The notes under the pieces: generated by a model | The model's database searches: none | What the model saw: the letters and a program-made list of their open reading frames with translations, nothing else | Told to the model about the DNA's origin: nothing | Part shown: positions 48,014 to 57,505 of the stretch, piece by piece | How positions within the stretch are numbered: position 1 is the stretch's first letter | How the letters are laid out: every line of letters begins with the position of its first letter | IMG/VR virus record: IMGVR_UViG_3300001525_000584 | Location: 128,001 to 192,000 of that record | DNA from: a virus | Taxonomy: Duplodnaviria > Caudoviricetes | Length of the DNA: 64,000 bases | Strand: one strand, 5' to 3' | Position numbers and translations under genes: made by a program

Positions 48014-49825
48014 ATGGCATACATAGATAATTTTAGTAAACTAGACTGGGCGTTAGAGTTTAATAGAACAGGTAAGTTCCCCCTCGACCGCTCATCCATG
48101 TTTGGATCCTATGCTGATGCATTAGCTTATGCAAAGCAGGATGGTTCCGACTCTAGAAAAATCGGTGGTACTTCTTATGTCGGTCAAATAGTTTCTGTAT
48201 TTGGTCCTGGTGCTGATGGTGCTACTGATGAGATCGCAGCATATATTATCACGGCAGTTGGTGCTGGTGCAAGCTTAATGAAGTTTGCTCAGAGTTCTGC
48301 AAGTGGTGACGTCGAAGAAGAGATTCAGGCATTAGGTGCGCGAATCACTACTATAGAGGACAAATTAAAGGTTGCTACAACAGAAGCTGATGGTTTTCTT
48401 AGTAAAGAAGATTTTGCAAAGTTAGCAGCTATTGAAGAGAATGCCCAGGTCAACAAAATTGAAGTTATTCAGGTTGACGGTACTGCACTGCCTATTGGCA
48501 ATAACAAAAATGTTAACATCGACTTAGCAGGTGCTCTTGAGCCTTATGCAAAGTCTGCAGATGTTACTACGGAGCTGGGTAAAAAGGCTGATGCATCCAC
48601 TGTTACAGCCCTCGAAGGCAAAGTAACAAAGAACACTGAAGACATCAGTACCATTAACACTAAGTTAACTGGCCTGACGGGTGCTATGCACTTTGTCGGC
48701 ACCTCCACTACAGATCCTATGGGTGAGAGTGGTGCTACTGTTGAAGGTCATGAGACTTTTGAGTCTGGCGATGTTTGTCTCTTCGGTAACAAAGAGTTTG
48801 TATATAATGGCGCAGCATGGGTTGAGCTCGGCGACGAGGGTTCCCATTTAACTAAGACCGAAGCTGCTGAAACATATCTAAAGAAGACCGATGCAGCTAA
48901 TACCTATATCACAGCAGATAAAGCTGCTGAAGATATTGCAGCTGCAAAGCAGGAGGCCATCACAGAGGCTGGTACTGCAGCAGATGGTAAAATCACTGAA
49001 GCATTAAAAGATTATACTAAGACAACTGATCTGAATACTGCGCTCGATGCTAAGGCTGCAAAGTCTGACCTCGAAACAACTGAAGCGAAAGCTACGGCAA
49101 ACGCTGCGGCAATTAAGGTGCTACAGGATGTAGGTGCAGAGAAGAATGTTGTTCAAACAGTTTCTGAAGAGTTTGAACTCAGTGCTGAGCGCGAGTTATC
49201 TGTTAAAGCTATTGATAAGTCCAAAGTTACGGGCTTAGAGACCGCTTTAGATAATAAAGTTGATAAAGCTAATGGCCAGCGTTTAATCACTGCTGATGAA
49301 GCCACTAAGCTCGGTAAGTTAACTCTTAAAGATGATGGCAGCATGGAGGTCGATGGCACCATCTCTTCTGATAATGTTGAAGAGATCGATACATGGATCG
49401 AACAGAACCGTGATACCGTTGCAGGTCTTTATAAAGCTGCTGATGAAACAAAGTTAGCAGGTATCGCTGCAGGTGCTCAGGTCAACGTCATCGAAAAGAT
49501 TAAGGTTAATGGCGCTGACTTAACTCCTGATGCGGAGAAGCGTGTTGACCTCGGTAGCCTGGCTACTACTACTGCTGTTGAAGCAGCTAAGCAGGCTGCG
49601 GATGATGCTGCTACCGCTGCTGCTGAAGCTAAGGCCGCTGTTGAAACAGAACGTGAGCGGGCAACTGGTGTTGAAGCTACTCTGGCTGTGAAGGCAGATG
49701 TTGATGAAGCTTTAGCAAAGAAGCAGGATACGCTTACTAAAGGCGCAGGCATTAACATCGCAGAGAATGTGATTAGCATCGATCTGTCTGAGATTATTCT
49801 CGACGGTGGTTCCGCAAGCATTTAA
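48014..49825 (+). CDS. Coiled-coil tail fibre protein
   Basis: FPLDRS start; two KLA.I...AQVN.IE.I.V.G repeats; Ala-rich helices; ends ILDGG. Confidence 0.7.
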   Translation: MAYIDNFSKLDWALEFNRTGKFPLDRSSMFGSYADALAYAKQDGSDSRKIGGTSYVGQIVSVFGPGADGATDEIAAYIITAVGAGASLMKFAQSSASGDVEEEIQALGARITTIEDKLKVATTEADGFLSKEDFAKLAAIEENAQVNKIEVIQVDGTALPIGNNKNVNIDLAGALEPYAKSADVTTELGKKADASTVTALEGKVTKNTEDISTINTKLTGLTGAMHFVGTSTTDPMGESGATVEGHETFESGDVCLFGNKEFVYNGAAWVELGDEGSHLTKTEAAETYLKKTDAANTYITADKAAEDIAAAKQEAITEAGTAADGKITEALKDYTKTTDLNTALDAKAAKSDLETTEAKATANAAAIKVLQDVGAEKNVVQTVSEEFELSAERELSVKAIDKSKVTGLETALDNKVDKANGQRLITADEATKLGKLTLKDDGSMEVDGTISSDNVEEIDTWIEQNRDTVAGLYKAADETKLAGIAAGAQVNVIEKIKVNGADLTPDAEKRVDLGSLATTTAVEAAKQAADDAATAAAEAKAAVETERERATGVEATLAVKADVDEALAKKQDTLTKGAGINIAENVISIDLSEIILDGGSASI

Positions 49826-49852
49826 AAAATTTATTAACTTAGAGGATATAGT

Positions 49853-50383
49853 ATGAGTACAACAGTCTTAACTACGATAAAGCTTCGTAAAGACAGCGAA
49901 GTTAATTATGATAAAATTGCAAGTACTTTTGTACCTCGGAACGGCGAAGTTTGCCTCGTCGATACTACATCCACTGGTCTAAGAGCAAAAGTGGGGGATG
50001 GCAAAACATTTTTTGCCTCCCTCCCCTACAGCGATAATGATAACAGTTTTAAGTTGCCGGTTGTATTAGGTTATTATAAAGAAAATGCTTTTTATTCAGA
50101 TGCAACCTTTACTACGACTGTTAATTTATATACACATCAGCTCTACGCAGATAAGACATCTCATAGTTTATATTATTATGATGGGGCTGACCTAATTTGC
50201 ACCACAGCAGATATCCCGAATGCTTCAAGTACTACAGCAGGGCTTATGAAACTGTATAGTACAAAGGGTGATAACACAGATGGCACTGTTACTCAACAGT
50301 TTTTCACATCGAGCATAGACGACATCACTTTTGGCATAGATGTAGATGATGATGAATGCTTAGTTCTAAATAAACCCTGGTAA
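49853..50383 (+). CDS. Mtd-N-like tail protein
   Basis: IKLRKD..P.NGEVCLVD..KVGDG..F..LPY; ASSTTAGLMKL. Confidence 0.65.
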   Translation: MSTTVLTTIKLRKDSEVNYDKIASTFVPRNGEVCLVDTTSTGLRAKVGDGKTFFASLPYSDNDNSFKLPVVLGYYKENAFYSDATFTTTVNLYTHQLYADKTSHSLYYYDGADLICTTADIPNASSTTAGLMKLYSTKGDNTDGTVTQQFFTSSIDDITFGIDVDDDECLVLNKPW

Positions 50384-50414
50384 AATACATATTTACTAGG
50401 AGATGGGATTTATA

Positions 50415-50747
50415 ATGGCCAACAATAGAATTAAAAAAATAAAATTAAGTAACGGTACAGTCTATTCGATTTTTGATGATGGTGCTCTACGATTAAATGA
50501 TGAAGGCATTTTAATTACTGGTAACGCCGTTGTAGATCAGGTCATCCTGCAGGGTGGCTTAACCATAGCAGAAGTGGATGATGTAGACGTTAATAAATTA
50601 GAATATACAAAAGTATTAGTACAGGATTCTACAACAGGCAAAGTTGTAGGAAAAGCTAAAAATAAATTATTAGAAGATATCGGAGGTATATCCTATAGTA
50701 TGGATGAATCTGATGGTATCTTATCTTTTAAGTTTGGCGCACAATAA
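50415..50747 (+). CDS. Small tail-module protein
   Basis: IKKIKL.NG.VY.I.D fibre-type start. Confidence 0.6.
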   Translation: MANNRIKKIKLSNGTVYSIFDDGALRLNDEGILITGNAVVDQVILQGGLTIAEVDDVDVNKLEYTKVLVQDSTTGKVVGKAKNKLLEDIGGISYSMDESDGILSFKFGAQ

Positions 50748-50767
50748 AAAAGAAAAGGGTAAAATTT

Positions 50768-52756
50768 ATGGCAAAGATTATTAAGCAAATTAACCTGGGT
50801 ACAGCTTCTAATCCCGATCTTTATGATATTTATGACGCTTATGCACGTAGGCGTTTAGAGGGTGCTGGTACTGTATATAGTATCAGTCATGCTGCTCGGT
50901 TTAATTCTGCCCACACTTATTTTGATGTCACTACACAGGCTGTTGTTACATTAACAGCTGATCTCGTGGCAAACGCTTCTTTTAATAGCTATAATACAGA
51001 TGTCAGTGTTGCAGCTACAAAATATTTAATCACATTAAATCAAACCGCTACAGCAAATCAGTATTATGTTATTAAGGTTGCTAATTTAACCATCGGTGAT
51101 TCTGTATTCGTAAAAGAGTCTGGTGTTTCTGACCGTTGGATCTCTGCATTAACTGCAGATAATGGTACATTTAGTAAGTTAGAGGAAAAGATCGATCTTA
51201 GTTCCTATGCCACTAAGTCTGTTGCAGGTAAAGCAGGTACTTATGCTACTGCTGCAGCTACAGGCTCCACGGGTTCTGCAGGCGAACAAACCGCAACAGG
51301 TTCTGCGTCTGTAACTTATTCAAAGGCAGCTACTGCAACTGGTTCTGCAGGCGGCGCTACAGTAACCACGACCGCTGTTACCGGCTCTACAGCAGCTAAT
51401 ACAGGAACTGCGGGCGGAGCAACTGTTAATGGTTCTAACTTCACATTTACCGGTACTGCAGCTACGTTGACTATGGAGGCTGAAGCCGCTACTATTGATG
51501 ATCACACCTTCACACCCGCCGGTACTGTGTCTACGGTTTCCGCAGCTTCTCATACACATACAGTCACATTAAACACAGGTACTTTAACAGTTGTTACAGG
51601 TGTTGATGCTGCTACAGGCAACACAGGCGCACACACGCACAGCGTAACAGGTAAAGTTACTGCTGCAGGCTCTATTAGTGCAGGTACTGTTACTGCAGAT
51701 GCGCCGGCTAACTATACCCCCGCAGGTAGCATCTCTGCTGTTACTGCTTCTGCACACAGTCACACTGTTAATGCTGCTACCTCTTCTCAGACTGTTGTAA
51801 CTGGTGTTAATAATGCAGCTTCTGCAGGTGCACACAGTCACACTGTTGCATCCCATAATCACGGAACGAATGTAACTGCTGTCACAGGTTATTCAAAGTT
51901 CAGTGGTGGTTCATTAACCGGTACAAAGACATTCGTCACAGGATATGCGAACTTTAGTGGTGGTTCTTTAACAGGTACAAAAACCTTCGTCACTGCTGCT
52001 ACTGTATCTTCTGATGGCGTATTATCCTGGAACACAGGCACAGTTGGATTTACTGCAGCTTCTTTAGGAACTGCTTCTACTGGAACTGTTGGATTTACTG
52101 CTGCCTCTTTGGGTGCTGCTGATACGGCTACTGTTGCTGCTGCTCCTGCTGCTGCTACGCTTACGACCGCTTCTGCTGGTGCACATACACACACCGTTGG
52201 TGCTTCTGGAACTGCTACGATCACTTATATGACTGGTGCAACTCTCAGTACTGCAGGCGCTATTAATGTAACTCCTACATTTACTGGTACTGCAGCTCGT
52301 CTGAACTTCACAGGTTCCGAAGTTTCTCTGGCAAGTGGCACTGCGGCTTCTGCTGGATCACACACCCACAGCGTCGGCAAAACCACAGCTACTCTGACCT
52401 ATGCAACAGGCGTTAAGAGTGTATCTTCTAACGGTGCATTCTCTGTAACTCCTACGTTCTTAGGTACGGCAGCTACTCTGGCACACGCATTTACAGATGC
52501 CGATGATGGACTATCTCTGACAACCAACTTCACTCCTGCAGGTTCTATCGGCGGTTCTCAGACCATCGCGGCGCACAGCCACTCCTACAACGCTCCTGCA
52601 TCCCACAGCCACTCTGTTACGATTAGCGGCCACACTCACAGCATTACGCTTACGGATGCAACTGCTACTGGTACTGCTTCTGTTGCTGTCAGTGCACACA
52701 CCCACAGCCTGGGCAACCATACGCACAACGTTACTATTCCGAACTGTGCAGCCTAA
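50768..52756 (+). CDS. Ala/Thr/Gly/Ser-rich needle-type tail fibre with 12 HxH motifs
   Basis: Repeated HTH/HSH motifs and nested repeats. Confidence 0.75.
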   Translation: MAKIIKQINLGTASNPDLYDIYDAYARRRLEGAGTVYSISHAARFNSAHTYFDVTTQAVVTLTADLVANASFNSYNTDVSVAATKYLITLNQTATANQYYVIKVANLTIGDSVFVKESGVSDRWISALTADNGTFSKLEEKIDLSSYATKSVAGKAGTYATAAATGSTGSAGEQTATGSASVTYSKAATATGSAGGATVTTTAVTGSTAANTGTAGGATVNGSNFTFTGTAATLTMEAEAATIDDHTFTPAGTVSTVSAASHTHTVTLNTGTLTVVTGVDAATGNTGAHTHSVTGKVTAAGSISAGTVTADAPANYTPAGSISAVTASAHSHTVNAATSSQTVVTGVNNAASAGAHSHTVASHNHGTNVTAVTGYSKFSGGSLTGTKTFVTGYANFSGGSLTGTKTFVTAATVSSDGVLSWNTGTVGFTAASLGTASTGTVGFTAASLGAADTATVAAAPAAATLTTASAGAHTHTVGASGTATITYMTGATLSTAGAINVTPTFTGTAARLNFTGSEVSLASGTAASAGSHTHSVGKTTATLTYATGVKSVSSNGAFSVTPTFLGTAATLAHAFTDADDGLSLTTNFTPAGSIGGSQTIAAHSHSYNAPASHSHSVTISGHTHSITLTDATATGTASVAVSAHTHSLGNHTHNVTIPNCAA

Positions 52757-52773
52757 GTTAATAGAGGTGATTT

Positions 52774-52851
52774 ATGAGTAAAGTGATTATTACGGATAAG
52801 GGTAAAAATGTTAAAGGTGGAACTAAACCATTAACCATTAAAACCAAATAA
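52774..52851 (+). CDS. 25-aa basic peptide, below the ORF-track cutoff
   Basis: GAGGTG SD; MSKVIITDKGKNVKGGTKPLTIKTK; followed by a terminator. Confidence 0.5.
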   Translation: MSKVIITDKGKNVKGGTKPLTIKTK

Positions 52852-52877
52852 GGTATTTAGTCCTTTTGAATAAAACG

Positions 52878-52908
52878 GAAAAGACGGCGGTAAAATGCCG
52901 TCTTTTCT
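52878..52908 (+). terminator. Intrinsic terminator
   Basis: gaaaagacggc-ggtaaaat-gccgtcttttc. Confidence 0.8.
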
Positions 52909-52959
52909 AATTGTATATATTTATGATGAAGAATAGATCTATGGCAAAGGAGATTATAC

Positions 52960-54138
52960 ATGAAGTTTACCTACGCAACCCTATTAACGTCAGATAATTA
53001 TTTACCTGGCGTAGCCTTATTAAAAGCTTCTTTAGAGCGTGTAGAAGCGCAGTATCCTCTATTAGTTTTAACTACGGGTAACTTATCTGAAAAGACTATG
53101 GAGGAACTGGAAAAGTTAAATGTTGAAGTAAGAGAAGTTCCACAAATTCATATACAGAAAATAGAAGAGCATAATAATAAAATAAATCCTACTATGGCAG
53201 CAGTTTGGGCAGATGTGCTAGCAAAGTTTAATGTATGGACGCTAATAGATTATAAAAAAATTATTATGTGCGACTGTGATTTAATGTTTATCAAAAATGT
53301 AGATCACTGTATTGATTTACCTAATATGACTGCAGCCTTAGATGGAGAATACTTTAATCTTTGGGCTAACTGGCCTCATTTTAATTCAGGATTTTTTGTT
53401 CTCGAACCAAACATGGATACTTTTAATGATATTATGACTTTTGCAAATGAATTAGATCCTACAGTGTTAAGAGATCATTTAGGTCGTCCTTATGTCGTAG
53501 CAGACCAGGAGATTTTAAATCTTTATTATAAAGACTGGATAAATAAACCTGAGTTACATCTAAATAAATATTATAATGTTTTTGCCCCACATATTCACAA
53601 AGCAACATTAAAAGATCTTTTAGATAATGCCTACTTTTTCCATTATACCGGCAGTAAGCCCTGGACCACTTTAACAGATGCGGTTCCTGCATGCGATGAA
53701 TGGATCCCTGAATATCCTTATGCGTTAGCTCGGGCACTTCTCGTTCTGTATAGTGAAAACGATCACAAACTGACAAATATACAGGACTGGATGATCGAAG
53801 CAGAAGCTCTTAGACAACTAATAACTTATTATTCTAACTTTGAAGAAGCTTATGATATTTTACATTTACTACCTAATGAAAATATCTCAGAGTATCTAAA
53901 AAAAGATATAGAAGAGTTACATTATAAAGAACATTTATTTAAATTAATGCTACCTGTTCTTAAAAAGACTTATGAAGATAAAGCTTTAGAAGGGGATATC
54001 ACTGTAGAAAATTATTCAAAGATGTACTACTGGGAAAATTATAAAAAGCTTTTCTATGAAGAACGGGTAAATGTTTTAAATGACATATTAAACATGTATA
54101 ATACTTTATCCAACTATATTTATGATGAAGGACGGTGA
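52960..54138 (+). CDS. Glycosyltransferase family 8 (glycogenin-like)
   Basis: YATLL..YLPG, DCD (DxD), FNSGFFV, DQEILN, HYTGSKPW. Confidence 0.9.
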   Translation: MKFTYATLLTSDNYLPGVALLKASLERVEAQYPLLVLTTGNLSEKTMEELEKLNVEVREVPQIHIQKIEEHNNKINPTMAAVWADVLAKFNVWTLIDYKKIIMCDCDLMFIKNVDHCIDLPNMTAALDGEYFNLWANWPHFNSGFFVLEPNMDTFNDIMTFANELDPTVLRDHLGRPYVVADQEILNLYYKDWINKPELHLNKYYNVFAPHIHKATLKDLLDNAYFFHYTGSKPWTTLTDAVPACDEWIPEYPYALARALLVLYSENDHKLTNIQDWMIEAEALRQLITYYSNFEEAYDILHLLPNENISEYLKKDIEELHYKEHLFKLMLPVLKKTYEDKALEGDITVENYSKMYYWENYKKLFYEERVNVLNDILNMYNTLSNYIYDEGR

Positions 54139-54140
54139 AC

Positions 54141-55259
54141 ATGTCTGTAAAAATTTGTGTATATGCGATTTGTAAAAATGAAGCGAAGTTTGTGCAGAAG
54201 TGGCTCGATAATATGTCTGAGGCTGATTATATCACAGTTTTAGATACAGGGTCAACAGATAACACAGTAGAACTTTTAAAGGCAGATCCTCGGGTAACTC
54301 GTGTTGAGGTAAAAGAGATAAGCCCCTGGAGATTTGACGTGGCTCGAAACGAATCTATGAAACTAGTGCCCGATGATGCGGATGTATTAGTGTGTACAGA
54401 TTTGGATGAATTATTTGTTCCCGGTTGGGCTCAGGTGATTAGAGATAACTGGAACGGAGACTTTAATAGATTCTTTTATACCTATGCCTGGAGTCATTCA
54501 GAAACAGGGGAACCTACAGATGTATTTAAATATGATAAAATTCATAATCGGGAGTTTCACTGGCATTTTCCTGTACATGAAGTATTATGGCCGAATGATG
54601 ATAATGTACAGTTAAAATTCTTCGATGCTGAAGATGCTATTTATTTGCATCATTATCCGGATAAAGAAAAGTCACGTTCTTATTATTTTGATCTGTTAAA
54701 ATTAGCCGTAGAAGAAAATCCTGATGATTCACATGAACAGATGCTATTAGCTCGTGAATATCTATTAGCAGATGATCATAAAAATGCTTTGGAAAATTAT
54801 CTTAAAGTTCTGCATATGCCTGATGTAGATACAGAAGAAAAAAGATTAGTTCTTTTAGAGAGTCTAGGCAGAGTTGCAGACTGCTATAGATTTTTAAGAA
54901 ACTATGATGAAGCTATTTGGTATTATCAGGAGTGGATAAAAGAAGATCGTACTTATAGAGAACCATATTTAGGCTTAGCAGAGATTTATAATGATATGCA
55001 CATGTATAGTCTTGCAGAAGCTATGGCTTTAGCCGCTGTTAAAAATGGTACTAGAAAATATACCTGGGTGGAGCGTGCTGATTCATGGGTTTCACAACCT
55101 GAAGATGTTTTAGCAGTTGCTTTATTTAACTTAGGTGATTATGAACAGGCTTTATCTTATGCAGATATTTGTCTGACACATCATCCGGATGATCCGCGAC
55201 TCTTAAAAAATTATCATCTTATATCGCAGGCCTGTAAAGCTCAAAAAGCTGGGGGCTGA
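54141..55259 (+). CDS. Glycosyltransferase family 2 with TPR repeats
   Basis: VYAICKNE, VLDTGSTD, RFDVARN, DLDE, VHE; helical TPR-like C-terminus. Confidence 0.9.
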   Translation: MSVKICVYAICKNEAKFVQKWLDNMSEADYITVLDTGSTDNTVELLKADPRVTRVEVKEISPWRFDVARNESMKLVPDDADVLVCTDLDELFVPGWAQVIRDNWNGDFNRFFYTYAWSHSETGEPTDVFKYDKIHNREFHWHFPVHEVLWPNDDNVQLKFFDAEDAIYLHHYPDKEKSRSYYFDLLKLAVEENPDDSHEQMLLAREYLLADDHKNALENYLKVLHMPDVDTEEKRLVLLESLGRVADCYRFLRNYDEAIWYYQEWIKEDRTYREPYLGLAEIYNDMHMYSLAEAMALAAVKNGTRKYTWVERADSWVSQPEDVLAVALFNLGDYEQALSYADICLTHHPDDPRLLKNYHLISQACKAQKAGG

Positions 55260-55280
55260 AAAATGTAGAAAAATGTAGAA

Positions 55281-55312
55281 AAAGGGGCTGAGATATTAAA
55301 TCAGCCTCTTTT
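55281..55312 (+). terminator. Intrinsic terminator
   Basis: aaaggggctga-gatattaaa-tcagcctctttt. Confidence 0.75.
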
Positions 55313-55360
55313 AAAATTTTTTATGACGTGTCTCTTCATCGCTATATCATACAAAGGGGA

Positions 55361-55512
55361 TAAATAAATTCGTTTGGGACTTATCGACGGATATGTTTGG
55401 CCGATGTATCATGTTGTATAAGCCGCCAAAAACGCGTTTATTTGAATGTTCTGTGTTAAGGCGGGCATAAACACAGCCGGCGTGCAAATGTTTGTTAAAA
55501 CGCAAAATATTC
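55361..55512 (+). ncRNA. Candidate structured RNA / leader
   Basis: Long imperfect hairpin plus a multibranch stem, with several G-U pairs. Confidence 0.3.
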
Positions 55513-55548
55513 GCTCTATAACTAAATTTAATAAAGGAGAATCACGGT

Positions 55549-56067
55549 ATGATTATTGATGGTCACAACGTAGCAAGTACTGGCACAACTGCTTTAGGTA
55601 TCATTGGTACTACTTTAGGCGGCGCAGCCCTGGCGTTCAACAACGGCGCTCTTGGCAACATCCTCGGCGCACGGCAGACAGCAGCATCCACTCCTTATTA
55701 TGAGGCCAGCACTGTTTGCATGCATGACTTAGACATGGCAAAACAGCTTTATGAAAAGGACAGTGAGCTTTCCCAGTTAAAATCCGAACAGTATACCAAC
55801 GGTGTAGCCAACGATCTGCGTAACTATGTAGATCGGCTTTTCTATAATGGCTACAAAGAAGTAAAATCTGATCTCAGCGGAGTTAATGATAAGATTAACG
55901 AAGCGGCTACCGCACAGGCAGTTATTAATGCTACTGTAAATAGTGGTTTGTCTGCGCTCACAGCTCAGGCGGCTCAAACAGCTGCTGTGGTTGCTAACAT
56001 CACTAAGACAGCAGTTCCCAGAACCGCGATTTGTAACTTTGGTTGCAACTGCTCAAGCGATGATTAA
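55549..56067 (+). CDS. Phage protein with Gly-rich hydrophobic N-terminus and coiled coil
   Basis: TALGIIGTTLGG; strong SD. Confidence 0.7.
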   Translation: MIIDGHNVASTGTTALGIIGTTLGGAALAFNNGALGNILGARQTAASTPYYEASTVCMHDLDMAKQLYEKDSELSQLKSEQYTNGVANDLRNYVDRLFYNGYKEVKSDLSGVNDKINEAATAQAVINATVNSGLSALTAQAAQTAAVVANITKTAVPRTAICNFGCNCSSDD

Positions 56068-56099
56068 TTAACATCTCAACTTTATAGGAGGTGTTGATT

Positions 56100-56534
56100 A
56101 TGAAGTTTGTTCAGTACACGAATAGTAGCATAGGGGCTGTAGCAGCCTCTACTGCGATGCCGCTAGGTATAGTAACGCAAAAGACCATGTGTGATGGTTG
56201 TGCTAAACCTACATTTAGTGGCACTACTACGAATATCGACGTAGTAAATCTGAATGAAACAGGAAAATATAGAATCACCTATAGCGCTTCTGTACAGGCT
56301 GCCGCGGCTGGCAACGCAGTCTTTTCACTAATAGTGAATAATGTAGTAGTTGATTCTACTACGATCACTACTACAGCGAGCGGCTATTCAGATGTGTCTT
56401 TAGATTATGTAGTTAGAGTTTGCAACAACTGCTCTTCTATAACTACGAATTTCCCTGCAACAGTTCAGGTTAAGTTGGACACGGTAGCTTTGACGGGCGG
56501 AAATTCTAATTTAATAATTAAGAAAATCGCATAA
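56100..56534 (+). CDS. BclA-C/C1q-like beta-sandwich protein
   Basis: L.ETGKYRITYSAS...NLIIKKIA pattern. Confidence 0.5.
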   Translation: MKFVQYTNSSIGAVAASTAMPLGIVTQKTMCDGCAKPTFSGTTTNIDVVNLNETGKYRITYSASVQAAAAGNAVFSLIVNNVVVDSTTITTTASGYSDVSLDYVVRVCNNCSSITTNFPATVQVKLDTVALTGGNSNLIIKKIA

Positions 56535-56552
56535 TATAGCTAAGTAGAGTGT

Positions 56553-56591
56553 CGGGGGTGATTAGTAGTAAATATATTAGTCACCCCTTTT
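56553..56591 (+). terminator. Stem-loop / terminator
   Basis: ggggtgatta...tagtcacccc-tttt. Confidence 0.65.
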
Positions 56592-56619
56592 CTAATACTA
56601 TTTTATAGGGGGTTTTCCT

Positions 56620-56955
56620 TTGGATATGGTTGTTACAAAAGATCAGTTTATAAAAGGTGTTGTAAACTTTGTTGATTGCGAAATAGGCAAAAAAGTTTCC
56701 GGACTAAAAAAATTTGAAATTTATTTTATGTTACCTTCACTTAATAAAATATTATCAGAAAAAATAGATATGCTGGCTGCAAGGTCAGAGTTATGTGAAT
56801 TTTTTGATGAAGCGGGTAACATACGTTTAGATACAGTTGCAAATAGAGCAAAAGAGGCTATGCAGAAAACTATAAGATTAGACATACCTTTAATTGCAGT
56901 AACATTAGAAGAAGCAGATGTAGATGTTATAAAGAATTATATTCAAAAAGCTTAA
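56620..56955 (+). CDS. Hypothetical protein
   Basis: 111-aa ORF ending before a terminator; start may be ATG 56626. Confidence 0.6.
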   Translation: MDMVVTKDQFIKGVVNFVDCEIGKKVSGLKKFEIYFMLPSLNKILSEKIDMLAARSELCEFFDEAGNIRLDTVANRAKEAMQKTIRLDIPLIAVTLEEADVDVIKNYIQKA

Positions 56956-56979
56956 TAATCTTAAATATATTTTTTATTT

Positions 56980-57014
56980 AAAAGTCATTCATATCTGGAT
57001 GGCTTTTCTTTTTT
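56980..57014 (+). terminator. Intrinsic terminator
   Basis: aaaagtcattc-atatct-ggatggctttt followed by a T run. Confidence 0.65.
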
Positions 57015-57080
57015 GTTGCAAAATTTTTTATGGGTAAATTGTATAAAATAGCGTAAACTTTTAGAAGGAGGCATATAATT

Positions 57081-57323
57081 TTGGCAGAACATTCTCCGAT
57101 AAGGCATGATACTGAAGAGAACTGGGCAAAGGCTAAAAACTTTGTTCCACCTGCAGGTGTTATGATTATCTACGATGGCGTTTTAGAGAACGGTGTGTAT
57201 AAAAAGTTGCCTAAAATAAAATTAGGCGATGGAACTACTTTAGTGAATGATTTACCGTTTTTTGGTTTACAACCACTACAACCAAAGTTCACTACTGAAG
57301 AGAGCACACTCATTATCAATTAA
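57081..57323 (+). CDS. Stand-alone Mtd-N-like domain protein
   Basis: RHDTEENW.KA.NFVP..G..IIYD..KLGDG....DLPF. Confidence 0.65.
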   Translation: MAEHSPIRHDTEENWAKAKNFVPPAGVMIIYDGVLENGVYKKLPKIKLGDGTTLVNDLPFFGLQPLQPKFTTEESTLIIN

Positions 57324-57340
57324 ATGTACCACAAATATTT

Positions 57341-57349
57341 GGCTAAATT
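57341..57349 (+). promoter_or_regulatory. GCTAAATT late-promoter-like motif
   Basis: GGCTAAATT upstream of the 57506 operon. Confidence 0.55.
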
Positions 57350-57505
57350 CTTTATAAAAAGGAGCTGAAAAGGATGCTCTTTATATGCTAATTCATCTCT
57401 ATTTGAAAATGATAATAGAGGAGCTAGCCTTTATAAATCATGGTGGAGATGTTATTAGCTAAAAGTGTTTTTAGCTAATTTTTTATTTTATAGAAGGAGG
57501 CGACG

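Noticed and set aside
55258-55283. gaaaaatgta 10-bp tandem repeat
   Set aside because: About 2.5 low-complexity copies next to a terminator; likely local slippage
57385-57462. 25-codon ORF 44 nt after a GCTAAATT motif
   Set aside because: SD spacing is poor and no motif is recognisable, so it cannot be supported from sequence alone
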